20,000 nucleotides of DNA from Spizellomyces punctatus DAOM BR117 (Eukaryota). The translations under genes were made by a program, and so were the position numbers. The stretch lies in the NCBI GenBank assembly GCA_000182565.2, contig KQ257451.1; one strand, written 5' to 3'. The notes below the pieces were generated by a model that was not told where the DNA came from, made no database searches, and saw only the letters and a list, made by a program, of their open reading frames with translations. Below, piece by piece: positions 8,620 through 20,000 of the stretch (position 1 is its first letter; each line of letters begins with the position of its first letter).

Positions 8620-11600
8620 ATGGGTACCGCCATGTTTGATACAAGCGGAGCGACGGCGAAGCCAACTGGGCCTGACTGTCCAGTAGAAAATCTTACATTC
8701 CGTTTCAACATTTTCCCTTCACTTGCACTGTTTGCTTCTTCATTTACTTCTTCAAACTGTATACAACAGCACGAGCGAGCGCTTATCACTTCCATTGTAA
8801 CATCACCACTACCTGCACACCAACTTCCAATACAACACTTGCTCGATACTCTTGCTTCCCTTCTTCTTCGACCATGCCAAACTACTCACCTCGTACACCT
8901 TTTTCGGCCTTTATTATTGGACTTTGCTGCTAGGTGGATAGCAGCTCTGAAAAATGCTGAGAGGGCCGAACGAATGTATGCGGGGATCTGTGAATGTTGC
9001 CGGCCAGAAAAAAAGCCGGTAGTCTCAACAATAGCATCACCCCACTCGAGTCCGAAACATGATTTGGACGGAAACATTGTAAATAGTTATGTGGATAGAG
9101 ATAGGGCATGTGAACGGATCGAAACGCTTTTGGGAGCGTTGTCTATGATCTTACCTGTAGCCCCGCAAATATTGACCTACGCAGTCCAGGGGATGACCAT
9201 GGCGATGAATTTGGAGGTGTTACAGGTAGGATTCGGTACTATAGTTTTTGCTACTTCCTATGTTCGATGCTAAATACCTCGTATTTCGATCCAACAGCGC
9301 TCAGCATCACTCTCTCCTACGTCCCTTCAACGTCAAAGGCGGCTAATGCGTAGCCTCTACCGTTTGGTCCGATGGGATCCCTCAACCTTTACTCCCTTGA
9401 TGTCCTGGACACCATTATATACCATTGTATTACATCACGACTCTAAAGTGCGTACATTCGCCGCCCACACTCTTGCAATTGTCCTTGGAATGTCCGATGC
9501 CGAGACGCAGGTGTTCGTAACAAGGTTATTGAAGGCAGATATTGAGCAGGATGGGGAATTGCAATTACTTCGATTGATTGAGGATGAATACGACACCATT
9601 GAGCAAGCGCATTTATTTGATGTTTCCCCTGACAATGCGTCAGGACAGTGCCTCTGGATAGGTGCCAGTGATCTGTCGTCACTAACAGTGGATTTATCTG
9701 GAATTCTACTGCCCTCTGCAAGCGCACCAGACAACAATAGAATACCTTCCCTCATCCCGACATCGACTACCAGACGCAATCTCCATAGTGTCGCATTGGC
9801 ACTATCCCTCAACGTTCCCATTTTGCTCCAAGGAGCGCCAGGTGTAGGAAAAACATCATTAGTAGAGGAAGCAGCTCGTCTCCTCGGGCGACACGACACA
9901 CTCCTTAAAATTCATCTCGGAGATCAAACGGATGCCAAGGTGCTCTTGGGAACATACATTTGTACGTCCACCCCAGGTTCCTTCCGCTGGCAACCTGGTG
10001 TGCTCACAACAGCCGTCACTGAAGGCCGATGGATTTTATTTGAAGATGTTGACCTGGCTCCGTTGGAAGTGGTCAGCGTACTGGTCCCCTTGTTAGAGAC
10101 TGGGTGGCTGTTTGTTGCGAGCAGAGGGGAGAAAGTGAAGGCAAAGGAGGGCTTCAGAGTTTTTGGAACCAGATCTGTCGGGCCTGGCACACGAGGAATG
10201 GGTGGGCATGCTGCTGGAGAAGGCTTATGGCATCGAGTCGCTGTCGAGCCATTGAGTGAGCAGGAGATTGTCGACGTAATTAGTGAGAAGTTTCCTCGGT
10301 TAAAGGCTGCTGGTCTGCAAGAACGGATCATTAAGGCGTTCAATGTGATTGGAGACTTATTTAAGGATAAGATGGTGAGCGGGGGTCGAAGTGCGTCGTT
10401 GAGGGACTTGATCAAATGGTGCAATAGGGTGGAGGTTATGACGAAAGTGCGACTATCTGTAAGTGACCATCAGCAAGCAATGGATGTTGATGGGGAAGAT
10501 TCCGATCTATCCCTGGCAGTCAGAGAAGATCTTTACCGTGAAGCAGCCGACTGCTTTACTGGTATGATTACGGAGAAAGCGGTGCGAGACAAAGTTCTTG
10601 AAGAAATTGGAAGCGTTCTCGGTGTCCCCCCACATCGCGTGCATTTTTATTCAGAGGTGCATGTTCCAACTATTCAAACCTCCGACCAAACTACTTCTGT
10701 GGGGCGTGTTACGCTTTCCAAGAATCCCCGTGATCTCCTCCAAGCAAGCACTCCACGACCGTTTGCACCTACACCATCAACGGTCCGCCTTTTGGAACGG
10801 TTAGCAGTCAGTACAGCTCAGAACGAGCCTATCCTCCTCGTGGGTGAAACTGGTACCGGAAAAACCACTGTCGTCCAACACCTGGCCCACTTGACCAATA
10901 CCCCTCTCACCGTCATCAACATGTCCCAGCAGTCAGATTCTAGCGATCTTCTTGGTGGCTTCAAACCAGTTGACGTGAAAATTCTCGCGGTTCCTGTCCT
11001 GAACGAATTTGAGCGACTGTTTGCTGCAACATTTTCAGTAAAAGCTAACGTCGCCTTTCTTGAAGGTGTACGCAAGGGCTTCAAGGGCAGTAGATGGCCG
11101 ATTTTCATCAAAGGTTGTCGAATGGGCGTGAAAATGGCGGAAGAGGTGTTTGCTAGAATGAAAGGAGAGATGGCGAGTGGGGCAAGAGCGGAGTCCGGTC
11201 AAGCTAACAAGAAGAAGAAAACCAAGAGGACTTATGATCCAGCGCTGGAAACCGAATGGCAATCCTTTGCGAAGAACTTGTTAACTTTTGAAAGTACCCA
11301 GCAGAAAGTTTCAGCATCACTTCTGTTCTCGTTCATTGAGGGAGCGCTGGTCCGTGCGATTAAAGAGGGGCATTGGGTGCTACTCGATGAAATAAATCTA
11401 GCCACACCCGAAACTCTCGACTGTCTCACAGGATTGTTGGCTTCTGCAACATCTAGTCTGGTACTTCTCGAACGGGGTGATACCGAGCCTGTCTTTAGAC
11501 ATCCAAATTTCAGGTTATTCGGTTGTATGAATCCGGCTAACGATGCCGGGAAGAAAGATTTGGCGGCCGGTCTCCGTGGGCGATTTACGGAGTTTTGGGT

Positions 11601-14600
11601 AGATGCACCAGATTCCACCTTTGTGGATTTGGTCGGTATCATACGCCAGTACCTTCAAGCAGTTTTACCACCGTCCACGGCCGGTGCAGACCTTTGTACC
11701 GATATTGCAACATTCTATACCAGTGTTCGCGGCTTTGCATCGCAGGGACTGATCTATGATGGCGCAGATCACCGAGTGCACTACAGTATGCGGACGCTTG
11801 CGAGAGCATTGATGTTTGCTGCTGGGACAACGGCGAAAGGTGTCTGGGGAATACGTAGAGCCACCTGGGAAGGATGCTCCATGACCTTTGGTACAGGACT
11901 TGGGGAAGTGAGTCGGGTAAAAGTGGAAACGGTTTTACGAGAGACAGTGGGCAAAGGTGTCAACCTTGGTCGAGGAATTCGGAATCCTGACCTCCATTCC
12001 GAAGTTGCGAGACATGTTAACGTGGGAAGTTACTGGCTTCCGCTTGGACCTTCACCGCCCGCCGATACACTGGCCCTGTCAGAAACGTACATCCTAACGC
12101 CAACGGTGCTCCAGAATCTGTCTTACTTGTCGCGTGCGGTCATGTCCGGAAAGTATCCTGTGCTAATACAAGGGCCCACCAGTGCCGGTAAGACCAGTAT
12201 GGTCGAATATTTGGCGAAGTTGACTGGACACGTTTGTGTGCGTGTAAACAATCATGAAGGGACGGAGGTTGCAGAGTATATCGGAGGATGGGGGGAGAGC
12301 GAAGATGGGGCGGAAGCAGGTAGAGGGCGGTTAGTGTGGCAGGAGGTAAGACAATGAGGTTCTATTAATATAACTTTTTGGTTCCCAATATGCTAACGTG
12401 ACATTATTAGGGAATTCTTGTCACTGCGCTCAAAAAGGGACACTGGCTCATTCTGGATGAACTCAATCTTGCACCGTCAGATGTGCTTGAATCGCTTAAC
12501 CGCCTCCTCGACGACAACAGAGAACTTTTCATTCCGGAAACGCAAACCACCATTCGTCCTCACCCCTCCTTCATGCTCTTCGCCACTCAAAATCCCGCAG
12601 GAACAACTTACGGTGGTCGTAAACAACTGTCTCGAGCATTCCGAAACCGGTTTCTGGAGATCCATTTTGGAGATATACCGACAAAGGAGCTGAACACTAT
12701 TTTGGAAACCCGTTGCAAGATTGCACCATCGTATGCTCAGCGCATTGTTGCGGTCTATAAATCTCTTCAAACAACCCGTGGCCGTGGCCGTGTATTCGAA
12801 GGTCGTCATGGGTTTGTGACTCTCCGTGATTTGTTTAGGTGGGCCGGACGTGAGTGCGTTGGGTATGAAGCTTTAGCTGAAGAGGGGTGGTGCCTTTTGG
12901 GTGAGCGCATGCGAAGCGAGGAGGATCGACGAATCGTCAAGGAAGTAATCGAGAAAGAGATGAAGGTCTCTATCGATATTGACGACCTCTATGAACGAGG
13001 ATTTGCAGCAGTGTTGGCACAGGTGGAAGGTAACCGGACAGGTCCCGTAAGCGAGCTTGTTGATAAAATGGTGTGGACCCCTACTACGAAAAGGCTTTTC
13101 ACGCTCGTTTGGAAGTGTGTGCAGTTCAATGAGCCTGTCCTACTCGTCGGTGACACTGGAGCGGGAAAGACAACAGTTTGTCAGGTCGTGGCCGCAGTGT
13201 GCGGAAAGGAACTGAAGATTGTGAATGCACACCAAGGGAGCGAGGTGGCTGACTTTGTTGGAGGAATGAGACCAGTTCGAGGTCGCGAAGAAGCGGTAAA
13301 TGAGGCTTGGGAGACGTTGGGGGCCTTGCGAAATCAGTTGAGTTTTGAAGGAAGCGAGCACGAGGATTTGAAAAGAGCTATCAGCGAGACCGAGGACGTT
13401 GTAAAGGAGCGTATTTCTGTTAATGAGGACATTAAGACGTTGTTGGAGCGGGCGCGAGAGCTATTCAACAAGTCTCAGACACTATTCACATGGCGCGATG
13501 GACCTCTCACGACAGCGCTCCGCTTTGGCGCACATTTTCTTTTGGACGAAATCTCACTTGCCGACGATTCTGTTCTCGAACGCCTCAATTCAGTTCTCGA
13601 ACCTTCACAATTCTTGTTGCTGGCCGAAAAAGGCCGGGCAGAGGCGTTGTATGCGGCAGAAGGCTTCCGATTTCTTGCGACAATGAATCCAGGAGGCGAT
13701 TATGGGAAAAAGGAACTGAGTCCTGCGCTGCGTAACCGATTCTGCGAGATCTGGGTACCAGGTGTGACCGCTAGGAGTGACTTGGAGGGACTTGTTGCAA
13801 AGAAGTTGAACGTTGGAGGGGTGAACAATGCAGACGCCGCATTGTGTGCACAATGGATGATGGACTTCTACGACTGGCTTGCGCAACGTCTGAGAAAGGA
13901 TCGTGATGCCGTTGTTTCTTTACGTGATGTACTGGGGTGGATTGAATTCCTTGCCGGTGTGCACACTGCCGGAGTATTAGGACTTCAAGAGGCGTTTGTG
14001 CACGGGGGATGCATGGTGGTGGTGGATGGTATTGGAGTCAACCCTGCTCTGGGAGTCTTGGGCGCTGTGGACAATGTCAAGATGGAAGTGAGGCGTGCTT
14101 TGTGGCGAATGTGTGGTGGAGAAGAGCAGGGAAATGATGAGGTTGGGCTTGGCGGCGCTATAACTGTAGACAACAGGTTCGGAGTATCTCCATTTTTTAT
14201 CGCAATGGGGCCTGAGACTGTGAGGGACGTAACGTTCTCGTTCATGGCGCCTACAACACTCCGAAATCTTACTCGTGTGCTGCGAGCCCTGCAGCTAGTC
14301 AAGCCTGTCTTGTTAGAGGGGTCGCCAGGAGTTGGTAAAACGTCTTTGATCACAACATTGGCACATCTGACGGGGCATAGACTGACACGTATCAACTTGT
14401 CTGATCAAACCGATCTGATGGACCTGTTCGGCACGGACTTACCGGTTGAGGGAACTGGCAATGCCGGGCGCTTCGCTTGGTGCGATGGACCATTCCTCAG
14501 TGCCATGAAACGTGGAGAGTGGGTTTTGCTTGACGAGTTGAATCTGGCATCACAACAGGTCCTCGAGGGTTTGAACGCGTGCCTAGATCATCGTGGAGAG

Positions 14601-17600
14601 GTATACATTCCCGAGTTGGATCGCGCATTTCGTAAAGGTGCCGGATTTCGCGTCTTTGCGGCACAGAATCCACAGGGACAAGGTGGCGGTCGTAAAGGGC
14701 TACCACGCTCATTTCTCAACCGCTTCACCAGCGTATACGTGGACGCGTTGACCGAAGCCGATGTGTTGACAATTGTGGGCAGTGTGTACAAAGGTGTTGA
14801 TCAATCTGTTTTGCACAAGATGGTACGATTTAACGAACGAATGAAGGAAGAAACCATGGTGAATATGCGCTTTGGTTTGCGTGGAGCACCGTGGGAATTC
14901 AATTTGCGTGATGTCGGCAGATGGGTTGAGCTTGTAAAGAGTCATAATGGCGGGGATCCGAGTGCTTTCGTCGAGATGATGTATGCTCAACGAATGAGAA
15001 CCCCGGCCGATCGTGAGGTGGTGTGGAGTTTGTTCGAGGAGACGTTTGGTGAATCTTTTGAGAAGAGAAGACGGAGGCCTGTTTGGAGGGTCACACCCAA
15101 AGAGGTTTTGATTGGCTCCGCATCGGTTCAGCGGAAGTCAAACCGGTCTGGACCTAACACGCATGCGTCGGTTCCTATTGATCACCTTCATATTCTTCCA
15201 TCAACCCTTCCAGTTCTGGAAACTCTCCTGAAGTGTGTAGAAATGGGATATATGCCAATCTTAACAGGTCCAGGGGGATCTGGAAAAACCAGCTTGGTCA
15301 GGCTTCTGGCTGGCATGTGTGGGGTGACTCTAAGAGAATTCAGTTTGAATCCTGGAGTTGACGCTGTGGAGCTTCTTGGGGGTTTCGAACAGGCCGATGT
15401 GGTGCGGAGACGGAAGGCACTTCTGGAAGGAGTGGGTCGGATCGTTGAGGGGGTTGTCCGGGAGCTGTGCTGTCATGGCGGAGATGATCTGAGAACCGCT
15501 GACCAAACGATGAGGGAGTGGGACGCTATTCGTCCGACTGTCGACAAGGGGGAATTAGATTTTCTCAGTCGATTCGTCACAGATCTAGAACGTTTGGCGG
15601 GAAGAATTGAGTTTGATCCTCTAGGGAGATCTCTGCCAACCTTCGATCACATACGTACATTGATCAATCTATATGCCGAGGCCCTTGTCAAAGGGACACA
15701 TGGTACCTTTGAATGGATTGATGGAACGATTATCCGCGCGATGGAAGAAGGGCATTGGATACTTCTTGACAATGTGAATCTATGTCCGTCATCCGTACTT
15801 GATCGTCTCAACCCCTTGTTAGAGTCTGGGGGCGTTCTGACCGTTACTGAACGGGGTGTCGATGCTAACGGTCACATCCGGACGGTTCGGGTCCGAGATG
15901 GGTTTAGAATTTTTATGGCACTCGATGAACGATTTGGTGAGGTTTCGCGCGCAATGCGTAATCGTGGTGTAGAAGTGTTTGTTGAGGCGATCGCAGATGT
16001 TGAAAAGGCGTCCGGGTTGCCAGGAAACGCTGCCCGTGCTTTTGAAGGCGGTACTATGCGGAAGGTGAGGATGTGCGGGAGGATGATTATCGAGAGATTA
16101 CAACGAGGCATCGCCGTCAATGAAGCGATAGGAAAGGCAGTTGATGACGTGTTCGATGTGGAGGATGCCGATGGGGTATCAGGTGTTGTGGACAGAATAA
16201 ACGATATCATCAATTCCGAAAAGAGGCTTCTCGATAAGTTTTCGGCGCCTTGTTTGTTCCCTCACTTCCTTTCCGGGCGGGTTGTGATCGAGCAATCAGG
16301 ATTGTCTCGGGTCGCTATAGACGGCTCCTATCTGCTGTATGTGCTTCTGAGCCCGCTTGATATGCCAAACCGAGCGAACCTCCTGTCTGCGGCAGCCAAA
16401 ATCTTCATGGAAGGTCTGGATTGTCGAGAAGCGGACGTGGTATTGCGGCGGATTTGGAGTGGGTACGTCTTAAGGAGATTTATCCGAGACGATGACACGG
16501 AGAGCCGAATTATTATGGAGATGGTCCTGAATGTGCTGGACGGGCCAGATTGTGAAACGATGGAGGCACGTCGGCAGGTTATTTCCGATGAAGTGACTGG
16601 CTTGCCGTTGGATTTGAGGCCCATCGAAGGACGCATTGGGGAAATTTTGAGGACACAGGAGGGATGGCCTGCCTATGTTCGGAGAATGCATTTGTGGGAC
16701 TTGAGACGAAGGATTACGGTCTCTCAGCTTATTCAAGAGAGGAAAGGCACTGGAGATCAGAGGGGGATATTAGACAAGTCACGACTATTCGCGAATTTTA
16801 GGATTGGTGAGTCGGAACTGGGCCATTCCTCTGTAGGCCTGTTTTGGCCGTTAATGGAGGCTGTCAGGCACGCCATTTTACGCTGGATCGACTGTGAGGC
16901 TGACTGGGTTGCTGAGAATCCTGAAGTGGTTCACGCTGTCCTTGATCAGCGTGATTGTCTTTGGCGCGTTCTACAGCATTCTGAACTGTTATTTGATGAA
17001 ATTATTGTGGCGTCACGTCGGTTGCGCAAGACTCTGGATCGTTGTGTTCGATATTCAACCGGCGTCGACGAGGACACGCACCGGGTGAGGGCCTTGATCG
17101 GACGGGTTCGAGAAGAAATCGAAAGAGACGGTGTCGATGGATCTGCAATATTGTGGAGAGATGGCGGAATCACGATCCTTAAGCGACAAGAACTTGTGGA
17201 TGTCAGTAAAGCATTTGGAGATGTAAATAATGCTCTAGATGTTTGGCGGTCAAACGCGGTATGGGGTGGATTGGGACACCCTGGAGTGGTTATTGACGAA
17301 GACGTTAGAAGGGCTATAGTGGAAGGTGTTTCCACATTGTATTACCTCAATGAAGGGGACTATGACAATGACCTGGTTCAGGTGCTTCGTGAAGTCCCCA
17401 TTCGGCTTGCCAAAAAGGTCGACAGTTACGTGGAAAGACTAAACAATGACTTGAAAGCTATCGAGGAAGGGAAGACAATAGAAGGGGCATCATTGGTCGA
17501 AAGAAATGCACGGGTACCCATGGAAGTACTGGAGCATGTCAGGGAGAGATTTGTAAATGTTGGGTTGTGGGCATTGTGGGATGCCGCAGGACTCAGCAGA

Positions 17601-20000
17601 GAGATGCCACTTTTGAAGAGGTTGGGTCAATTTGTTGGCGACGGGTTGAATGAGGTATGTTCGTCCACTCTGGCAAGCGCACAATAGGTATTGATTTGGC
17701 ACTGTTTTGGTGATATAGGCTGCGTTGAATACTCTTATGGCCGATCTTCAGTCGCACCACACAATTATGATGTCGCAAACGTCGCGTCCACCACTTGATC
17801 TCGAGCCCTTCCAACGACTCATCTGGGTGTGCGATCAATCTGCTACCCCGCACGCGTTGACGTCGGAACAGCTGAATGCGTTTGTCGATGTTATTGTCCA
17901 GGACGCCATGTATAGGTGGCATCGATCGCTTTGGGCAAATGCATCGGCATTTTGGACCGAAGCCCTGGAAATTGACCCTCGGGCTGGTTCTGTTTTCGAT
18001 AATGCCGAGTTAGACATAGTATCAGGGAACGTCATTCCGCAAGCGCCTGACCATAAATATGCGGGACCGATTGTTTTAGAACGTGGCATTGAGAGCCGAT
18101 TATTGCTGAGATCTCTTGGGGATATCGGTGCAGTTCCTGTGTACGGATACGTTGGGAAGACTCACCAAGTTGAGGGCCTACTGGACTACATAATGTCAAC
18201 GGCTAAGGAGGACAAGAGTGACATCGCTAAAGACGACTTGGGGCTCTTAGGCTCAGTGATCTTAAAGGTAACGTTCTGCGCGTGGCAGCCGTATGAATAA
18301 GCTGTTGAATACTTTCTTCTTGCAGTTTTTAGAAAACCATCGAAAGGCTTTTGATGAAGTAGTTCACCTGGAAATGATGAGAACCGCGCGTGATCTTGCG
18401 GACATGTCTTCGGGCGTAAATCGAACTGAAAATGTGATGGACATTGTTAACGAAATTACTGTTCGTTTAGACGATGCAAAACTGGATGCTGTGAGACGCA
18501 ACTTACAGAAGTATCTGAAGCCATGTTTGTACGCCATGGGCGAGGCAATTCTTTCCAGTGGAAGTTCGACAGGATCACGCGGTAGAGCATGGATGTTCTA
18601 CTCACTCGCTTTCCTTCGAGCGTATTTGCCAGAAGTCCCCATTGATCCCGCCGCAGGGCCTGCTGTTAAGATTAAATTCATGGAGGAAGAAGCTTCCATT
18701 CTTCGTGCCGAGGTTCATGTCAGATCCGAAATGGAACGTCTGATGACGGGAAACGAAGATAATGATATGGTGCATAGCTTACTGGAGCGTTTGAAGACAT
18801 GCCAACTCAAGAGCAAGAAATGGGCCGGACGCGTTGCACTTCGGCCAGAACGATCACAGATGGCTGACATCATGAATGACCTCCGTCAACTCGGTACTCA
18901 TCTCCTCAGTGATGTCGCTGTCGAATCGTTGCTTGCCGAGTTAAAAGCGAATCAGAGGAGAGATATGACGGTAGCCAAGGAAGCGCATCTCCAGAATACG
19001 TTGTCGTCCTTGGTTGAGCGATTGGAAACGAAGTATGGGGCATACCGAGATATATTGCAACCAGTCTATCTTGCGGTGTACCAGTTCAAGTACGGATTGA
19101 GGTTGTTGACTGAGCAAACCAGAATTAATGAAATTGCGGATGAAGACGGTGTCGGGCGCGTGTTATCGTTAGCTTTAAGATTCATTGACGACGGTAAAGT
19201 CGATACCGCCGAGACGATGATACCGCTGCTGAAGCGCATCACGAGCCAGAAGGATGAAGTCAACGGCATGGATCTTTCAAGCGTAGGAATAAAGATGATT
19301 ATGAGTTTCGTTCGACGGGCCCAAGCAGTGTTACGAGTGCGCGCCGGGTCTAGGTCGGATAGTCTTGGGCATTTGCATTTGCTGTTCGGGGAGCTGGTTG
19401 ATGCGTGGTCGGTGGCAGAACAGGAACGATTAGATAAGGAGCAAGCTGAGGGGGATTTGTACAAATATAGAGAGCGGAAGCACGATTTGGCCACGGAGGA
19501 GGAGATTGAGGAAGCGCAATTCACTGAGCGGTTCCCGGATTTCTATGGAGAGTTTAGGGATGTCTTTGAATTGCCTGATGGCGGTAAAGATCCTGATCAG
19601 AAGCCTTTGGGGGAGAAGAAGCACGCGAACGACTTCAGGTTGGATAGTAAGGTGGCCCAAGAAGTCCGGTTGTTGCATAAGGATGTCGTCATGTCATGGA
19701 CCGCCACTTCCCACAGAGGTGAATCCTTCGAGGAGGCGTGGAAATCGGCTTTCATGCAGTCTTACGCAAGTGCTAGCGATCTGACTCGGCTCAGCAATTT
19801 GTTTCCTTCCCGAACGTTGGATAAAACGGGGCGAGCGGGACATTTCTTCGTCGCCACGGCACAGTTGGAAACCTTGACTTCCACAATTAGCAAGGAAGAT
19901 GACGATTTGGCGCCAAATGGTCCTCGATATGACTTTTACAGGGATGCAAATATCCCTGAAGCTCGCCAAGTCCATGCTGTGCTTTTGAGATTTGACCAAC
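8620..20000 (+). CDS. MDN1: Midasin (MDN1/Rea1), dynein-related hexa-AAA+ ATPase of pre-60S ribosome maturation, 3'-truncated by the window edge. Exons 8620(or 8632)-9225, 9298-12345, 12411-17654, 17719-18267, 18326->20000
   Basis: N-terminal FRPLLLDFAARW motif. Six tandem AAA modules with Walker A motifs GAPGVGKT, GETGTGKT, GPTSAGKT, GDTGAGKT, GSPGVGKT and GPGGSGKT. Midasin signatures include HLGDQTDAKVLLGTY, SQQSDSSDLLGGFKP, LLDEINLA, GGRKQLSRAFRNRF, TMNPGGDYGKKELSPALRNRF, GGGRKGLPRSFLNRF, PWEFNLRD and GEVSRAMRNRG; linker motifs include LPEVPIDPA, FPDF and YDFYRDAN. Four GT-AG introns (9226-9297, 12346-12410, 17655-17718, 18268-18325) keep frame. Confidence 0.97.

Noticed and set aside
9226..18325. 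Apparent stops and frameshifts splitting midasin, which could suggest a pseudogene
   Set aside because: Each break is explained by a canonical, frame-preserving GT-AG intron of 58-72 nt.
9435..19999. Many antisense and alternative-frame ORFs (60-166 aa) overlapping midasin
   Set aside because: They are shadow ORFs of a long coding sequence at about 50% GC and show no recognisable domains.

Overview
Gene-dense eukaryotic DNA with 17 predicted short spliceosomal introns (58-72 nt). It is most likely from an early-diverging (zoosporic, chytrid-like) fungus; this is inferred from gene content and intron style. Manual splicing gives five genes. (1) The 3' part of a CSL (CBF1/Su(H)/LAG-1) transcription factor (+, <1-2231). 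(2) A 517-aa F-box/7xWD40 protein ending in a HARE-HTH (ASXL-type winged-helix) domain that is split by an intron and only half visible in the ORF track (-, 4437-2699). (3) A 7-exon, 365-aa class A (rhodopsin-like) GPCR with opsin-like ECL2/TM5 motifs but no retinal-binding lysine (-, 6240-4735). (4) A small single-TM hypothetical protein (-, 7337-6930). (5) The 5' part of midasin MDN1/Rea1 with all six AAA modules (+, ~8620->20000). The most notable signal is the F-box-WD40-HARE-HTH fusion, a candidate DNA-tethered or modified-base-reading SCF substrate receptor. It lies tail-to-tail with a CSL factor that carries a textbook Cdc4/Fbw7 phosphodegron. A 22-bp perfect direct repeat containing forkhead sites lies upstream of midasin. 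All gene models were derived by eye and no database search was run.
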